From the NCBI GenBank assembly GCA_965217185.1, contig OZ244252.1, positions 2,176,001 through 2,240,000 of the forward strand: a stretch of 64,000 nt of DNA, in the 5' to 3' direction. Source of the stretch: an uncultured Candidatus Entotheonella sp. Lineage in GTDB: Bacteria > Tectomicrobia > Entotheonellia > Entotheonellales > Entotheonellaceae. The notes under the pieces are model-generated. The model was not told the origin of the DNA, made no database searches, and worked only from the letters and a program-made list of their open reading frames with translations. Made by a program: the position numbers and the translations under genes. Below, one piece after another: positions 19,446 through 30,613 of this stretch (positions are counted from its first letter, which is position 1; each line of letters opens with the position of its first letter).

Positions 19446-20687
19446 TCATTCCGTAACGTGCTGCTGCGGTCGGGCGAGCCAGAAGACCCCAGACAGCATC
19501 AGCAAGCCGCCGCTTATGACGGCCAGGATGCGGGGCGTCAGGGCGGCGTAATCCAGTCCCCAGGCGGTCGCCAGGGTGGCCAGTGTCATAATGACGGTGA
19601 AGAGCATGAAATCGGCCGCGAATATCCGCCCGCGGTAGGCATCCGGCACGCTGATCTGCAGCAGCGTCGAACTGAACACCCACAGCACGTTGGACGCCAT
19701 CGTGGCCATGAAAAGCGCCAACGCGGCCCACGCCAGGGTCGGGGTGGCGCCGAATAGCACGTAAGCCCCGCCTGTCAGCACGAAGGCGACACCGATGGTT
19801 CCCACCATCGCCTGCGGATCCTCACCGACCAGCCGCCGGGCCAGCAGCGGTCCGAGCAGCGCGCCGATGCCGCGGGCCATGAACATCATTCCCATGCCGA
19901 TGGCGCCCGCCTCGAAAATGTTCTCGGCAAACAACGCGATGAGAATCACCATGCCGCCGGCCAGCCCGACGCTGCACGCCTTCACGGAAAGCAGCCGCAG
20001 GACGTAGGGCCGCGCCGCCATGTAGCGCAGGCCGCCGCGAAATGACTGCCAGCCGGTATGCCCTGAGTCCGACGAGGCGGCGGCAGACGGAATGGCCACC
20101 CGCATGATGCAACCGGCCGACACCACATAACTGGCGGCATCGAGCAGAAACGCCTCGGTGGTGCCCAGCCAGGCGGTCACGAGGCCGCCGAGCGCAGTGC
20201 CAATGGCCAGCATGGCGGCCCAACTGGCACTGCCCAGGGCGTTGGCCGCCACGAGTTCCCGGCGCGTGGTGATGTTGGGAATGGTGGCTGCGTAAGCGGG
20301 GTGGAAGAAGGCCGAAACCGACGCCAGGACCGCGGTTAGTACGTACGCCAGCCACAGCCGTTCCGCCGAGGTGATAAGCAGGAAACCGAGCGCCAGCACC
20401 GCCCGCACCAGATCGGTTCCGACCATGATCCACTTGCGGCTGAAGCGATCGGCCGCCACGCCGGCCACGGGGCTGAGCACGAACAGTGACGCCGTCTGCG
20501 CGATCATGACGCCGCCCAGCGCCAAGCCGGAAGTGCCGGTGAGTTTCAGCACCAGATGATACAGCGCCATGGTGCGGAACCAGTCGCCGATCATGCTGGC
20601 AGCCAGTCCCAGCCACAGACGCCGGTAGTGAGGGTTGTCGCGCAGCAACGCCCAGTAGCCTGCGGATTCGGTTACGAACAGGGCCAT
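19446..20687 (-). CDS. MFS transporter
   Basis: AGVAADRFSRKWIM motif A; about 12 TM helices; VPDAYRGRIFA. Confidence 0.9.
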   Translation of the reverse strand: MALFVTESAGYWALLRDNPHYRRLWLGLAASMIGDWFRTMALYHLVLKLTGTSGLALGGVMIAQTASLFVLSPVAGVAADRFSRKWIMVGTDLVRAVLALGFLLITSAERLWLAYVLTAVLASVSAFFHPAYAATIPNITTRRELVAANALGSASWAAMLAIGTALGGLVTAWLGTTEAFLLDAASYVVSAGCIMRVAIPSAAASSDSGHTGWQSFRGGLRYMAARPYVLRLLSVKACSVGLAGGMVILIALFAENIFEAGAIGMGMMFMARGIGALLGPLLARRLVGEDPQAMVGTIGVAFVLTGGAYVLFGATPTLAWAALALFMATMASNVLWVFSSTLLQISVPDAYRGRIFAADFMLFTVIMTLATLATAWGLDYAALTPRILAVISGGLLMLSGVFWLARPQQHVTE

Positions 20688-20729
20688 GGCTCGCTCCCAC
20701 TCGCCTGGCTTGGCGCGCCGGGCGCGCGC

Positions 20730-22004
20730 CTAGGCCAGATGCGGGTGCATCCAGGCGGCCACGGCCAGCAGATGATCGTCGGCGCCGAGCGGCCCCACGG
20801 CCTGCACGCCGACGGGCAAACCCTGCGGTCCGCTGAGGCCGGGAAGACTGATGACCGGGGTGTGCAGCAACGTCCACATGCGGTTGAACAGCGGATTGCC
20901 GGTGGCCCCCAGGCCGGCGGGCGCTTCGCCGGGCGCGCTGGGCACCAGCAGAACGTCGTGTTCGGCGAACACGGCGGGCAGCGCACGGCGGCAGGTTTCG
21001 GCCAGTTGCAGCGCCGCCTTGTATTCGGCGTACGACAGCCTTTCCCCTGGCTCCAGCAGTTGCTGCGTGCTGGGACTCAGTTGGTCGCGGCGCTGTGTCA
21101 ACTCATAGGCGCAACAACGCACGCCCTCGAATATCTGCACCGTCGTCTGCGCCTCCACCAGGCCGTCGAACTCGGCGGGCAGCGTCACCTCCTCCACCTG
21201 CGCTCCGGCGTCGGCGAAGCGTTGGGCGGCCGTTTCCACGGCCTCCTGAGTGGCGGCCGTTGCCTGCGGCCATTGCGGCGTGCGGCACAGGCCGATGCGC
21301 GGCGGCGCAGCCAGCGTCGTCAACTGCGGCGGACTGCCCATCAGCACCGCCCGCAGCAGCGCCAAGTCCTGCACGCAGCGGGCGAAGCCGCCGAGCGTAT
21401 CCAGCGTCTGCGACAGCAGCTTGATGCCGGCCAGTGAGAAATCGCCGTGCGTCGGCTTGTAACCGACCACGCCGCAGAACGACGCCGGGCGCACGATGGA
21501 ACCGGCCGTCTGGCTGCCCAGCGCCATCGGCACCATCTCCGCCGCCACCGCCGCCGCCGAGCCGCTGGACGAACCGCCTGGCGTGTGCGCCGGGTTGTGC
21601 GGATTGGCCGTCTTGCCGGGCTCGTACATGGCGAACTCGGTGCTCACGGTCTTGCCCATGACCACCGCCCCGGCCTGCCGCAGCAGCGCCACGCAGGCGG
21701 CGTCCCAGGCCGTTTGATGAGCGGCGTAAATCGGCGATCCGTAGGTCGTCGGCATATCCACGGTATCGATGATGTCCTTGATGCCCACCGGCACGCCGTA
21801 CAGCGGGCCGCTCGCGGTCGCGCGATCGCGGTCGCGGGCTTGTGCCAACGCCTGCTCCGGGTCGAGATGGGTCCAAGCTGAAATCGCAGGGTCGCGCTCG
21901 TCGATGCGCTCCAGGCAGGCGCGCACCAGCGCCTCGCTCGTCAGGTTGCCGGAGGCGATGGCCTCGGCGGCTTCCCAGGCGTTCAGGGTATGGCTTGATG
22001 GCAT
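20730..22004 (-). CDS. Amidase
   Basis: GPLYGVPVGIKD, PGGSSSGSAAAVA, GSQTAGSIVRPASFCG amidase signature. Confidence 0.93.
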   Translation of the reverse strand: MPSSHTLNAWEAAEAIASGNLTSEALVRACLERIDERDPAISAWTHLDPEQALAQARDRDRATASGPLYGVPVGIKDIIDTVDMPTTYGSPIYAAHQTAWDAACVALLRQAGAVVMGKTVSTEFAMYEPGKTANPHNPAHTPGGSSSGSAAAVAAEMVPMALGSQTAGSIVRPASFCGVVGYKPTHGDFSLAGIKLLSQTLDTLGGFARCVQDLALLRAVLMGSPPQLTTLAAPPRIGLCRTPQWPQATAATQEAVETAAQRFADAGAQVEEVTLPAEFDGLVEAQTTVQIFEGVRCCAYELTQRRDQLSPSTQQLLEPGERLSYAEYKAALQLAETCRRALPAVFAEHDVLLVPSAPGEAPAGLGATGNPLFNRMWTLLHTPVISLPGLSGPQGLPVGVQAVGPLGADDHLLAVAAWMHPHLA

Positions 22005-22095
22005 GGCGAATCCTCACGGCTTGAGAGTGTCTGCAGGCAATTGGGGTGCCACCATAGCGCATTCCCAAGGCACGGGTCCAGGACGCGGCGTCGGT

Positions 22096-25000
22096 TCAAT
22101 GCCAATCATGCGCCTCGGGCATGCGCACGCGGGTGTCGATGGCCTTCAGGTCGGAAACGATGACGTTGGGAGTGTCGTAGCGCGACACCACCCCCTTGAC
22201 CAGCGCCACCTGGCTGCGCAACTGCTGCCGGCAGCGGGCGGCCACGTCGGCCCAGAGGGTAACTTGCTGATCGCCGTGCTCGTCCTCGATGGTCACGAAC
22301 ACCACGCCGTTTTTGCCCTTGGGGTGTTGCCGGGCCACCGGCCAGCCGGCCACCTGCACCTCCTCCCCCGCCTTGCACGCTTCCACCGCTACGGTCGGCA
22401 GCACCTTTTTGCTCAGCCGCGGCCGGATGAATTCTATCAGGTGGCCGCGCGGATAGATGCCCATGACGCGGTACTCGCCGGCCATCTTTTCGTAATCCGT
22501 GAAGTCCGCCAGCCCGTCCACCCGCTCCTCCGTCCTCAGCGCTAGCCCCACCTGACCCGCGTGCGACGGGCGTACGGCCAGCCCGGCCTCCCACAACGCG
22601 GCGCGACGGTTGGGATTGAGGCCGTCGAACGCCCCGGCGCGCACCAGCGACAACACGGCCTGCGGCTTGAGGCCGGTGCGCCGCACCAGATCGCCGGCGC
22701 TGACGTAGCTGCCGCCGCGCTGCCGCTCCTCCACGATCAGCCGGGCAGAACTCGTGCTCACGTCCTTGATGAACCGCAGGCCCAGACATAGATCTCCCGC
22801 CTCGGGCGTGCAGGCCACCCGGCTGAGGTTCACGCACGGGTTGCGGGAGGCGACGCCGAAGCGCCGCGCGTCCTGCTTGAGCGTCTCCAGCGGGTAAAAG
22901 CCCATGGGCTGGTTGTTGATCAGGGCGACGAAAAACGCCAGCGGGTAGTAGCACTTCATCCAGGCCGCCTGGTAGGCCGTGATGCCAAAGGCGAAGCTGT
23001 GCGACTCGGGGAACATGTAGTGCCCGTTGATCTTGCCAAAAATCTTCTCGCCGATTTCCGTGGGCACGCCGCGCTGCCGCGCCTGTTCCAGAAAGCGTTG
23101 GCGGTGCGCGGCGATGAGGTGCCGGTTGTTCGGCTTGGCGAAGGCGCGGCGGATTTCATCGGCCTCGGCGGCGCTCATGCCCGCCACGTCCATGACGAGC
23201 TGCACCACCTGCTCCTGCCGCACGATGATGCCGTAGCCGCGCTCCAGGGCGCGCTTCTCCAGCGGGTGGTCATAGTCCCACGCGGCGCCGTGGCGGTAGC
23301 GCTCGACGAAGTTGGACACCGCACTGCCCTGGGTGCCGACGCCGGGGCGGATGAGGGCGACCTGGTAGGCCAGGTCCAGCAGGTTGCGCGACCGCAGGCG
23401 CTGGCCCATCTTGAGCTGCGCCGGCGATTGCAGCAGGAAGACGCCCTTGCAGCGGCCCGCGTTGATCAGGTCGTAAACCTTGGGATCCTCCGGGTCGATG
23501 CGGCTGAGGTCCGGGCGCCGTCCCTTCTTCGCCTCGATCAGGTTCAGGGCTTCTTCCAGCTGATCCAACACCGGCAGGGACAACAGATCGATCTTGGCAA
23601 AATGGGCGTCTGCCACGCTGTCTTTGTCCCAGTCCATGATGAAACGCCCCGGCGTGGCACCGGCGCGCACGGGCACCATGTCGGGGATCGGCGAGCTGCT
23701 CAGCACCATGCCGCCGACGTGCTGGCTGAGCAGCCTGGGGGCGCCCATGAGTTGCGGAGAAAGCCGCAGCAGGTGGCGCCAGCCGGGGGCGTTCACGCGG
23801 TCGCGGAAGGCGTCGAGCCCCAGCATTTCCCGGCGCAGAGCCTGCCCCGGACCCCGGATCAAGTCCGGGGCAGGCTTTGATCCGGGGTCGGCGGCGTCGC
23901 GGGAGTGCAATTGCTTGGAAAGATGCGACAGCTCTTTGCGCGGCAACCCGAGGTCCTGGACGATGCCCTTGACGGTGTAGGTGTAGATGGCGCCGGCGAG
24001 GACGGCGAAGTGCGGTCCGAAATGGCGGTGCACCCGTTCGATCAGTGCCTCGCGCAGGCTGCGGGGGAAATCGAGATCGATGTCCGGCAGGCTCGTCATG
24101 TCCTCGGAGATGAAGCGCTCCAGCGTCAGGTTCCACTTGAGCGGGTCGACGTGGCTGATGCCGATCAGGTAGCCGACCAGCAGGGACACCGAGGAGCCGC
24201 GCCCACGGCCCGGCGTTCTCTCCTCCAGCGGCGTCTCCGGGGGCGTCAGGCCGCGCTCCTGCATGACCCGCTGGGCGATGCGCACGATCTCCCGGTACAG
24301 CAGCAGGAAACCGGCCAAATGATGCCGTTCGATGAGCCGCATTTCCTCGTCGAGGCGAGATTCAAGCTGCGGGGTGATGGCGCCGTAGCGCCGGATGGCG
24401 GCTTCGAGGCAAAGCTGCTTCAGGTAGCGCTGCGGGGTGTAGCCTACGGGTACGTCGGGCTCGGGGAGGGCGTAGCCGAGGTCGGTGCTCAGGTTGAAGG
24501 TGCAGCTTTCGGCGAGGCGCGCGGTGTTGGCGAGCGCCTCGGGACAGTCGCCGAACAGCTCGGCCATCTGCTGCGGCGATTTCAGGGACAGGTGCGGATT
24601 GGGGCTGATGAACGGCAGGGCCTGGTCGATGGTCAGGTTGTGCCTGGCGGCGACCAGGGCATTTTGCAGCCGGTAGCGCTGCGGGGTGTGGTAGTGCACG
24701 TCGTTGCTGGCGATCAGGGGGACGCCGTGCTCGCGGGCCAGGCGGCTGAGCTCGCGGTTGCGGGCGGTATCGCCGCGCAGGAAGTTTTGTTGCAGCTCCA
24801 CGTAGACCGAGCCGCTGCCGTACCATGCCAGGTAATCGCAAAACAGGCGTGCGGCTTCCCGACGACGGCCTTCCTTCACCATGTGTGACAGGCGCCGCCG
24901 CGCCCGCCGCACAGCAGCACGACGCCCTCGGCGTGCGTCGGCAGGTGCTCGGGGTCGAGCCGCGGCGACCGGCGATCGACGGCGCCGGCCAGGGTGAACA

Positions 25001-25274
25001 GGCGCGAGAGGTTGGCGTAGCCTTGGCGCGTCTTGGCGAGCAGCGTCAGACGCGAGCCGTCCCGCAGGGTGAGCTCGCCGCCGGTAATGGGCTGGATGTC
25101 CAGGGAATTGGCCAGGCGGGCGAATTCGAGGGCGCCGCACAGGTTGGTGTCGGTCAGGGCCAGGGCGTGGCAGCCGTGCGCCTTGGCCTGCGTCAGCAAT
25201 TCGTGGACGTGCGAAGCGCCGAGACCGAACGAGTAAAAACTCTTGGCGTGCAGTTCGACGTACGCGGCACCCAT
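22096..25274 (-). pseudogene. dnaE2: Error-prone DNA polymerase III alpha (DnaE2), frameshifted near 24895
   Basis: PHP start YVELHAKSFYSF (25274-24876); the rest is in another frame with GRGSS, PDIDLDF, HVGG, NNQPMGFY, FVTIEDE. Confidence 0.85.
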
Positions 25275-25284
25275 AGGCCCGCCC

Positions 25285-25887
25285 CTATCTGCCCTGCCGG
25301 TACCAGCGGCTGTTCCTGTGGTTGCGAAACACCGTCAGTTGCCTGCCGTCGCCGGGATTCACGCGGTAGTAGGTTCGCGTCAGCGGTTCCGGCAGCCACC
25401 ACAGGTCGAACGACCAGAGATCATCGATGCGGGCCACCGGGTACCATTGCCGCCGCAGGTAAACCGCCAGCGGCTGTCGGTCCGGGCCTTCGCGCACCTC
25501 GACGGGAACCGGCAGCCAATCAACGGCGCACGGCGCCAGAAAGCCCGGTACGGAGGCGGGAACGATGGTCACGCCCGCGCTGCTGACGTTCGCCGCGACA
25601 AAGGCGGGGAACTTGGCGTCAGCCACGCCGATGCGCGGTTCCAGACCTTGTGGGATGGTGTCGAGCAGCGCCTTCAGCAACTGCGCCTCACCGCCGTACA
25701 GCTTCTCCAGTCCGTCCAGCCGCACGTACACGGTGCCCGGCGCTGCCGCCTCGATGCGGTCACTGATCGTTGTGAGGCCGTCCACCACCCAGGTGAACAC
25801 CCGACAGTCATAGGGCGCATCGGTGTCCGGCAGGATGCGCTCGGCTTTGGCCTGCAGATGCGGAATGACGATACAAGCAACTCGCAT
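25285..25887 (-). CDS. Shortened ImuB/DinB-like protein fused to a DUF6504-like C-terminus
   Basis: MRVACIVIPH start; RIGVADAKFPA; FLAP..VDWLPV; C-terminal RIDDLW...WW....RTYYRV; directly upstream of dnaE2. Confidence 0.6.
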   Translation of the reverse strand: MRVACIVIPHLQAKAERILPDTDAPYDCRVFTWVVDGLTTISDRIEAAAPGTVYVRLDGLEKLYGGEAQLLKALLDTIPQGLEPRIGVADAKFPAFVAANVSSAGVTIVPASVPGFLAPCAVDWLPVPVEVREGPDRQPLAVYLRRQWYPVARIDDLWSFDLWWLPEPLTRTYYRVNPGDGRQLTVFRNHRNSRWYRQGR

Positions 25888-25996
25888 AACATCCCACCCG
25901 TTGATGGCTTACCGTCGGTCACGAGAAAACCGGGGCGGAATGATAATGCACAAATGTTCAGTATGTCAAACAGATTCGACGAGGGTTGTGTCAGAT

Positions 25997-27286
25997 GGGC
26001 ATCTCGAAAAATGCCTCGTGGATAGTCATAGATGGCGAGAGTGGCAATTCGCTGGCATGTCGGTGAGAAAATGAACTCGGCTGTCCAGGGGGACTGCCTC
26101 CCTGCAAGGAGGATTCGCCTTCCAATGAGGGCCTCCGGTGCACCCTTCCGCACCGTTGGCGCTCAACTGGCGCTCGCAAGGCGTTGTAATTGAATCAGGC
26201 GACGCATGTTGTAGGCAAGGTTCTTAAGACCTATCCGCGCCCTCGCGCCCGTACGAGCCCGATGCTGCGAACCAACGTCCCGCCCATGTCGTTTTGCTGC
26301 GCCCCGAAGACATGCTCTACCCGTACCCGAAACCGTGAACGACTCTGGTTGCCCGCCTTCTCCCAATCACGCAACGGACGGTTGCGATAGCCCTTGCGAT
26401 GAATCCGACTCCTCAAACCCCTGGCCTTCAGCGTCGCTTCAATGGCTTTCGACCGCTAGGCGCTGTCCGCCCAGACACCGCTTGCCGTGTTGTCCGACGT
26501 AAGCAACTCCTCAATCACTTGGCTGTCGTGCACCGCCGCATCCGTCACCCGGTAACGCCGTATCAGCTTGTGCCGACGGTCGATGGTGACGTGATTCTTG
26601 TAGCCATAGTGGCTCTTGCCGTGCTTCTTCGTCCAGCGCGCATCCCTGTCCTTTTGTCGACGCTTGGCTGGCTTGTCAGCCCAGGCCTCAGGTGTCTCAC
26701 CCCGTTTGATCTGCTCATTGTCGTCACGACGATTGCGTTGCATGGGAACCGCGACAATCGAAGCATCGATGATCTGGCCACCCATCGCCTGGTAGCCCTG
26801 GCTTTTCAGGTAGCCGTCGAAATCCTCGAACAAGGCATCGATGAGGCCGGCCTGTGACAACTGTTCGCGGTAGAGCCACACCGTCTTGGCATCGGGCACC
26901 TTGTCTTCGAGTGTCAAGGCCAAGAAGCGCACAAAGGACAGGCGGTCGCGCATCTGATACTCGACCTGGTCGTCCGACAGATTGTAGAGGGCGCACAAAA
27001 TGATGGCCTTGAACATGACGATGGCATCCCACGGCTTGCACCCCGCATTGGACTTGCGCTTGTCGGCTGGCTTGCGCCAGACTCTCTCCAGGCGGCTGCG
27101 GAACGCTTCCCACGGAACGGCAGCGTTGACCTTCACCAGGGGATCGTTTTTGGCGTCCAGAGCGGCGTAGCGATTCTCGATATCGAAAAAGCCCATCTGA
27201 GCCATGTTGCACTCCTCCGGCCTTGTTGGTTGACGTGTTTCAGTGATTCTAAACCACGTGGGAGATGGGTATTATTAGAGATGCCC
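25997..27286 (-). mobile_element. IS5-family insertion sequence, defective copy 2
   Basis: Same IRs as copy 1; target duplication AGAT (25993-96 / 27287-90); transposase 27205-26456 ends at the same premature TAG. Confidence 0.93.
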
Positions 27287-27414
27287 AGATATCGGGTTCA
27301 AGAGGATGGACGACAAACCGCAGGTTTACGGACACAGATGATCGGGATGTTCAAGGATGTCATCGGGCGAGAAGAATTCAGGGCACGATATCCTGAAAGT
27401 ATCAAAGAGCCTCC

Positions 27415-28995
27415 TCAGCCCCTCTTGCGCAGTTGAAAACGCTGGATTTTACCCGTCGCCGTCTTGGGCAGATCGTCGACGAAATGGATCCAGCGGGGGT
27501 ATTTGTAGCGTGCCAAGCCGTCTTGACAATACGCCAGCAGCTCGTTCGCCATGGCGTCACTGGCATCGCCGGCGTGGTGCAACACGACATGGGCCTCGGG
27601 CTTGGTGAGGCCGTCGTCATCGGCACGGCCTACGACCGCGGCTTCGAGGACTTTGGGGTGCTCGACGAGGCGGCTCTCGATCTCCACTGGAGAACACCAG
27701 ACGCCGCCGACTTTCAGCATGTCGTCGCTGCGCCCACAGTAGACGTAATAGCCCTCGTCATCCTGCAAATAGGTGTCGCCGGTGTTGACCCACTCGCCGC
27801 GCATCGTCGCCGCCGTTTTTTCCGGGTTGTTCCAGTAACAGCGCGCCGCCGAGTCGCCTTTGACCATCAAGCGGCCGACCTCGCCCGGTGCGACCGGGGC
27901 ATCGTTCTCGTCGAGAATCTGAGTTTCGTAACCCGGCACCACCCGGCCGCTGGAGCCCGGTTTGCAGTCCTCAAGACGATTGGAAATAAAGATGTGCAAT
28001 AGCTCCGTGGAACCGATCCCATCCAAAATGACGAGGTTCGTCAGCGCCTGCCAACGCCGAAAAATATCAGGGGGCAGCGCCTCGCCGGCCGAGACGCACA
28101 GGCGCAACGACGACACGTCACGCGGCGCCTGCTCCAGCTCTCGCAGTTGGGCCGCGTAGAGCGTCGGGACGCCAAAATAAAGGGTGGGCTTGAAGCGCTC
28201 GATAAGGTCGAAGGTCATCTGCGGAGAGGGGCGTTGATCACTCAACACCGCAGTGGCCCCAACCCATAGCGGAAAGGTCATGGCGTTGCCCAGACCGTAG
28301 GCAAAAAACAATTTCGCGGCTGAAAAACAGATATCGTCCTCGCCCATTCCCAGCGTATCCACCGCGTAGTGCACACACGTGACCACGATATCGCGATGCC
28401 GGTGCACGGCCCCTTTCGGTCGCCCCGTAGAACCGGATGAATAGAGCCAGAAGCAATCGTCCTCCGCCGCGGCGGCGACCGCATCGAGCGCCGTGGAGGC
28501 CCGTGACAAACGGGCTTGAAGCGCGGCGTCGTCTCCTTCGGTCACCAAGACTTCCGGGCGCCGGGCGGCGGATGCAAGGGCCGGCGCCACTTCCGCCGCG
28601 TACTCCGGTGAGTAGACGACTGCCGCACACGCCGAATCATCGATCATGTACTGATAGTCAGGCGCGCGCAGCAGGGTGTTGACGGGCACCGGCACGACCC
28701 CGGCCTTGATGGCCCCCCAGAACAGGTAAAAGAACTCAGGGCAATCTTTGACGATCATCAGCAGGCGATTGCCCGGCACGAGCCCCATCTCGCGCAACAC
28801 GTTGCCACAGCGGTTGACCTGCTCGGCGAGTTCGCCGTAGGTCACGTCACCCGCAACGGTGCGAATGGCCGCCTTCCCCGACCGTCCTTCCGACAGGTGG
28901 CGGTCGATGAAAGGCACCGCCACGTTAAAGACCGGCGCGAACGCGATCGTGGATGGTGTCGGGGCGTGATCAACAACGACGGTATGGTCCTGCAC
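27415..28995 (-). CDS. Benzoate-CoA ligase family protein
   Basis: FWLYSSGSTGRPKG, SAAKLFFAYGLGN, SAGEALP, DGIGSTE; adjacent to boxBC. Confidence 0.92.
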   Translation of the reverse strand: MQDHTVVVDHAPTPSTIAFAPVFNVAVPFIDRHLSEGRSGKAAIRTVAGDVTYGELAEQVNRCGNVLREMGLVPGNRLLMIVKDCPEFFYLFWGAIKAGVVPVPVNTLLRAPDYQYMIDDSACAAVVYSPEYAAEVAPALASAARRPEVLVTEGDDAALQARLSRASTALDAVAAAAEDDCFWLYSSGSTGRPKGAVHRHRDIVVTCVHYAVDTLGMGEDDICFSAAKLFFAYGLGNAMTFPLWVGATAVLSDQRPSPQMTFDLIERFKPTLYFGVPTLYAAQLRELEQAPRDVSSLRLCVSAGEALPPDIFRRWQALTNLVILDGIGSTELLHIFISNRLEDCKPGSSGRVVPGYETQILDENDAPVAPGEVGRLMVKGDSAARCYWNNPEKTAATMRGEWVNTGDTYLQDDEGYYVYCGRSDDMLKVGGVWCSPVEIESRLVEHPKVLEAAVVGRADDDGLTKPEAHVVLHHAGDASDAMANELLAYCQDGLARYKYPRWIHFVDDLPKTATGKIQRFQLRKRG

Positions 28996-29183
28996 GGCGT
29001 CTCTCCAAGGCCGATTGCCCTTTGACGTTGCTGGAGCATTTCTGAAACGGATTGCATCGTTTGTGCGGCGACGGGTTCCCCCCACCGGCTCACCTGCGGG
29101 TCGCGCCCTTGTTTCGCCGACTCCCCTCAAGGAGGGAGTGATGGATGGCGACGACGAGCAAGCTAAATTGATCCGGAAATACT

Positions 29184-30611
29184 TTAGGAGGCAAAGCGAA
29201 CGTAATCAAAATCAATGGGTTGGCCGTTAATACCGCGTGACGGGGGGCCGATCCAGCTCGCCATCTCGCCTGGCGCCGTCACCGGTTTCATGAGCGACTC
29301 GACAAAGCCGTGATCCGCATCCGACGGCAGCCAGTCATGGGTTTGGCGCTCCCAGTCATCGGCGGACAGGATGTCCCCGACTGGAGAAACTTCGACATCG
29401 GCAAACACGCCAATGCGACGGTTGAAACCGCGGTGAGGCAACATCAATTGGTAGGCAACGCCACGTTGGGTGATCGCCCGATTCCACCGATCGACGCCGC
29501 GCTGACTGTCCTCAATAAACGCATCCCGCAAGCGCTCGTTGAGCGCCAGCAGCGCGGGCTGATCTTCACGGACAATCGTTCCGTCTTGCGGCGAATACAC
29601 GGGCCACAGGTCCTCGCTCAGGCGGTGATCGTCAGCGATGCGCGCCTCCTGAAAACGCCCTTTGAGTCCGGTGGTGAAATAATTGGCCGCATTGGTCGAG
29701 TGTTCCTGGCCAAAAAGATCGAGCGAGACGCTGTAGTGAAAATTCAGAAACCGTTGGATGGTAGGCAGATCAATGGCACCGGCGGCCCGAATCCGTTCGG
29801 GATCATCGGTTTTGAGCGCCGCCATAATATCGCACGTGCGTTCGACGACGCGCCGAATTCCCGTCTCGCCGACGAACATGTGATGCGCCTCCTCCGTCAG
29901 CATAAACCGGCAGGTGCGCGCGAGCGGATCGAACCCGGATTCGGCCAAGGAGGCGAGCTGGTATTTGCCGTCACGGTCGGTGAAGTAGGTAAACATAAAG
30001 TACGACAGCCAATGCGGCGTTTTTTCGTTAAACGCCCCCAGGATGCGCGGTCGATCGGGGTCCCCCGAGTGACGCTGCAGCATCTCCTCCGCCTCTTCCC
30101 GGCCATCGCGGCCAAAATAGGCGTGCAGCAGATAGACCATCGCCCACAGGTGCCGTCCCTCTTCGACGTTGATTTGATATAAGTTGCGCAGATCGTAGAG
30201 CGATGGACACGTAGCGCCCAAGTGGCGCTGTTGCTCCACCGAGGCCGGTTCGGTATCGCCCTGGGTGACGATGAGACGGCGCAGCGCGCTGCGATACGCC
30301 CCCGGAACTTCCTGCCACGCCGGCTCCCCTTGATGGTCGCCGAACGCGATGGAGCGCTCCGCCTGCGGCTTGGCAAGAAAAATTCCCCAGCGATAATCCG
30401 GCATTTTGACGTAGCCAAAATTCGCCCAGCCGTCGCTTTCGACACTGATGGCCGTACGCAGATAGACGTCATGGGCCAGCGCCCCTTCCGGCCCCAGGTC
30501 ATGCCACCAACGCAGATAATTCGGCTGCCACGACTCCAATGCGCGCTGCAGGCGACGGTTGTCCGCCAGCGCCACGTTGTTGGGAATGCGTTCGCTATAA
30601 TCGATGGACAT
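29184..30611 (-). CDS. boxB: Benzoyl-CoA 2,3-epoxidase subunit B
   Basis: IPNNV.L, VKMPDYRWGIFL, QGDTEPASVEQQ, NVEEGRHLWAM, EEAHH di-iron motifs. Confidence 0.95.
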   Translation of the reverse strand: MSIDYSERIPNNVALADNRRLQRALESWQPNYLRWWHDLGPEGALAHDVYLRTAISVESDGWANFGYVKMPDYRWGIFLAKPQAERSIAFGDHQGEPAWQEVPGAYRSALRRLIVTQGDTEPASVEQQRHLGATCPSLYDLRNLYQINVEEGRHLWAMVYLLHAYFGRDGREEAEEMLQRHSGDPDRPRILGAFNEKTPHWLSYFMFTYFTDRDGKYQLASLAESGFDPLARTCRFMLTEEAHHMFVGETGIRRVVERTCDIMAALKTDDPERIRAAGAIDLPTIQRFLNFHYSVSLDLFGQEHSTNAANYFTTGLKGRFQEARIADDHRLSEDLWPVYSPQDGTIVREDQPALLALNERLRDAFIEDSQRGVDRWNRAITQRGVAYQLMLPHRGFNRRIGVFADVEVSPVGDILSADDWERQTHDWLPSDADHGFVESLMKPVTAPGEMASWIGPPSRGINGQPIDFDYVRFAS

Positions 30612-30613
30612 CC

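Noticed and set aside
10664..27286. Composite transposon
   Set aside because: Each IS has its own matched target duplication, indicating independent insertions
29079..29142. REP-like hairpin between boxB and the ligase
   Set aside because: Single imperfect copy in the window; cannot be distinguished from a terminator or chance hairpin
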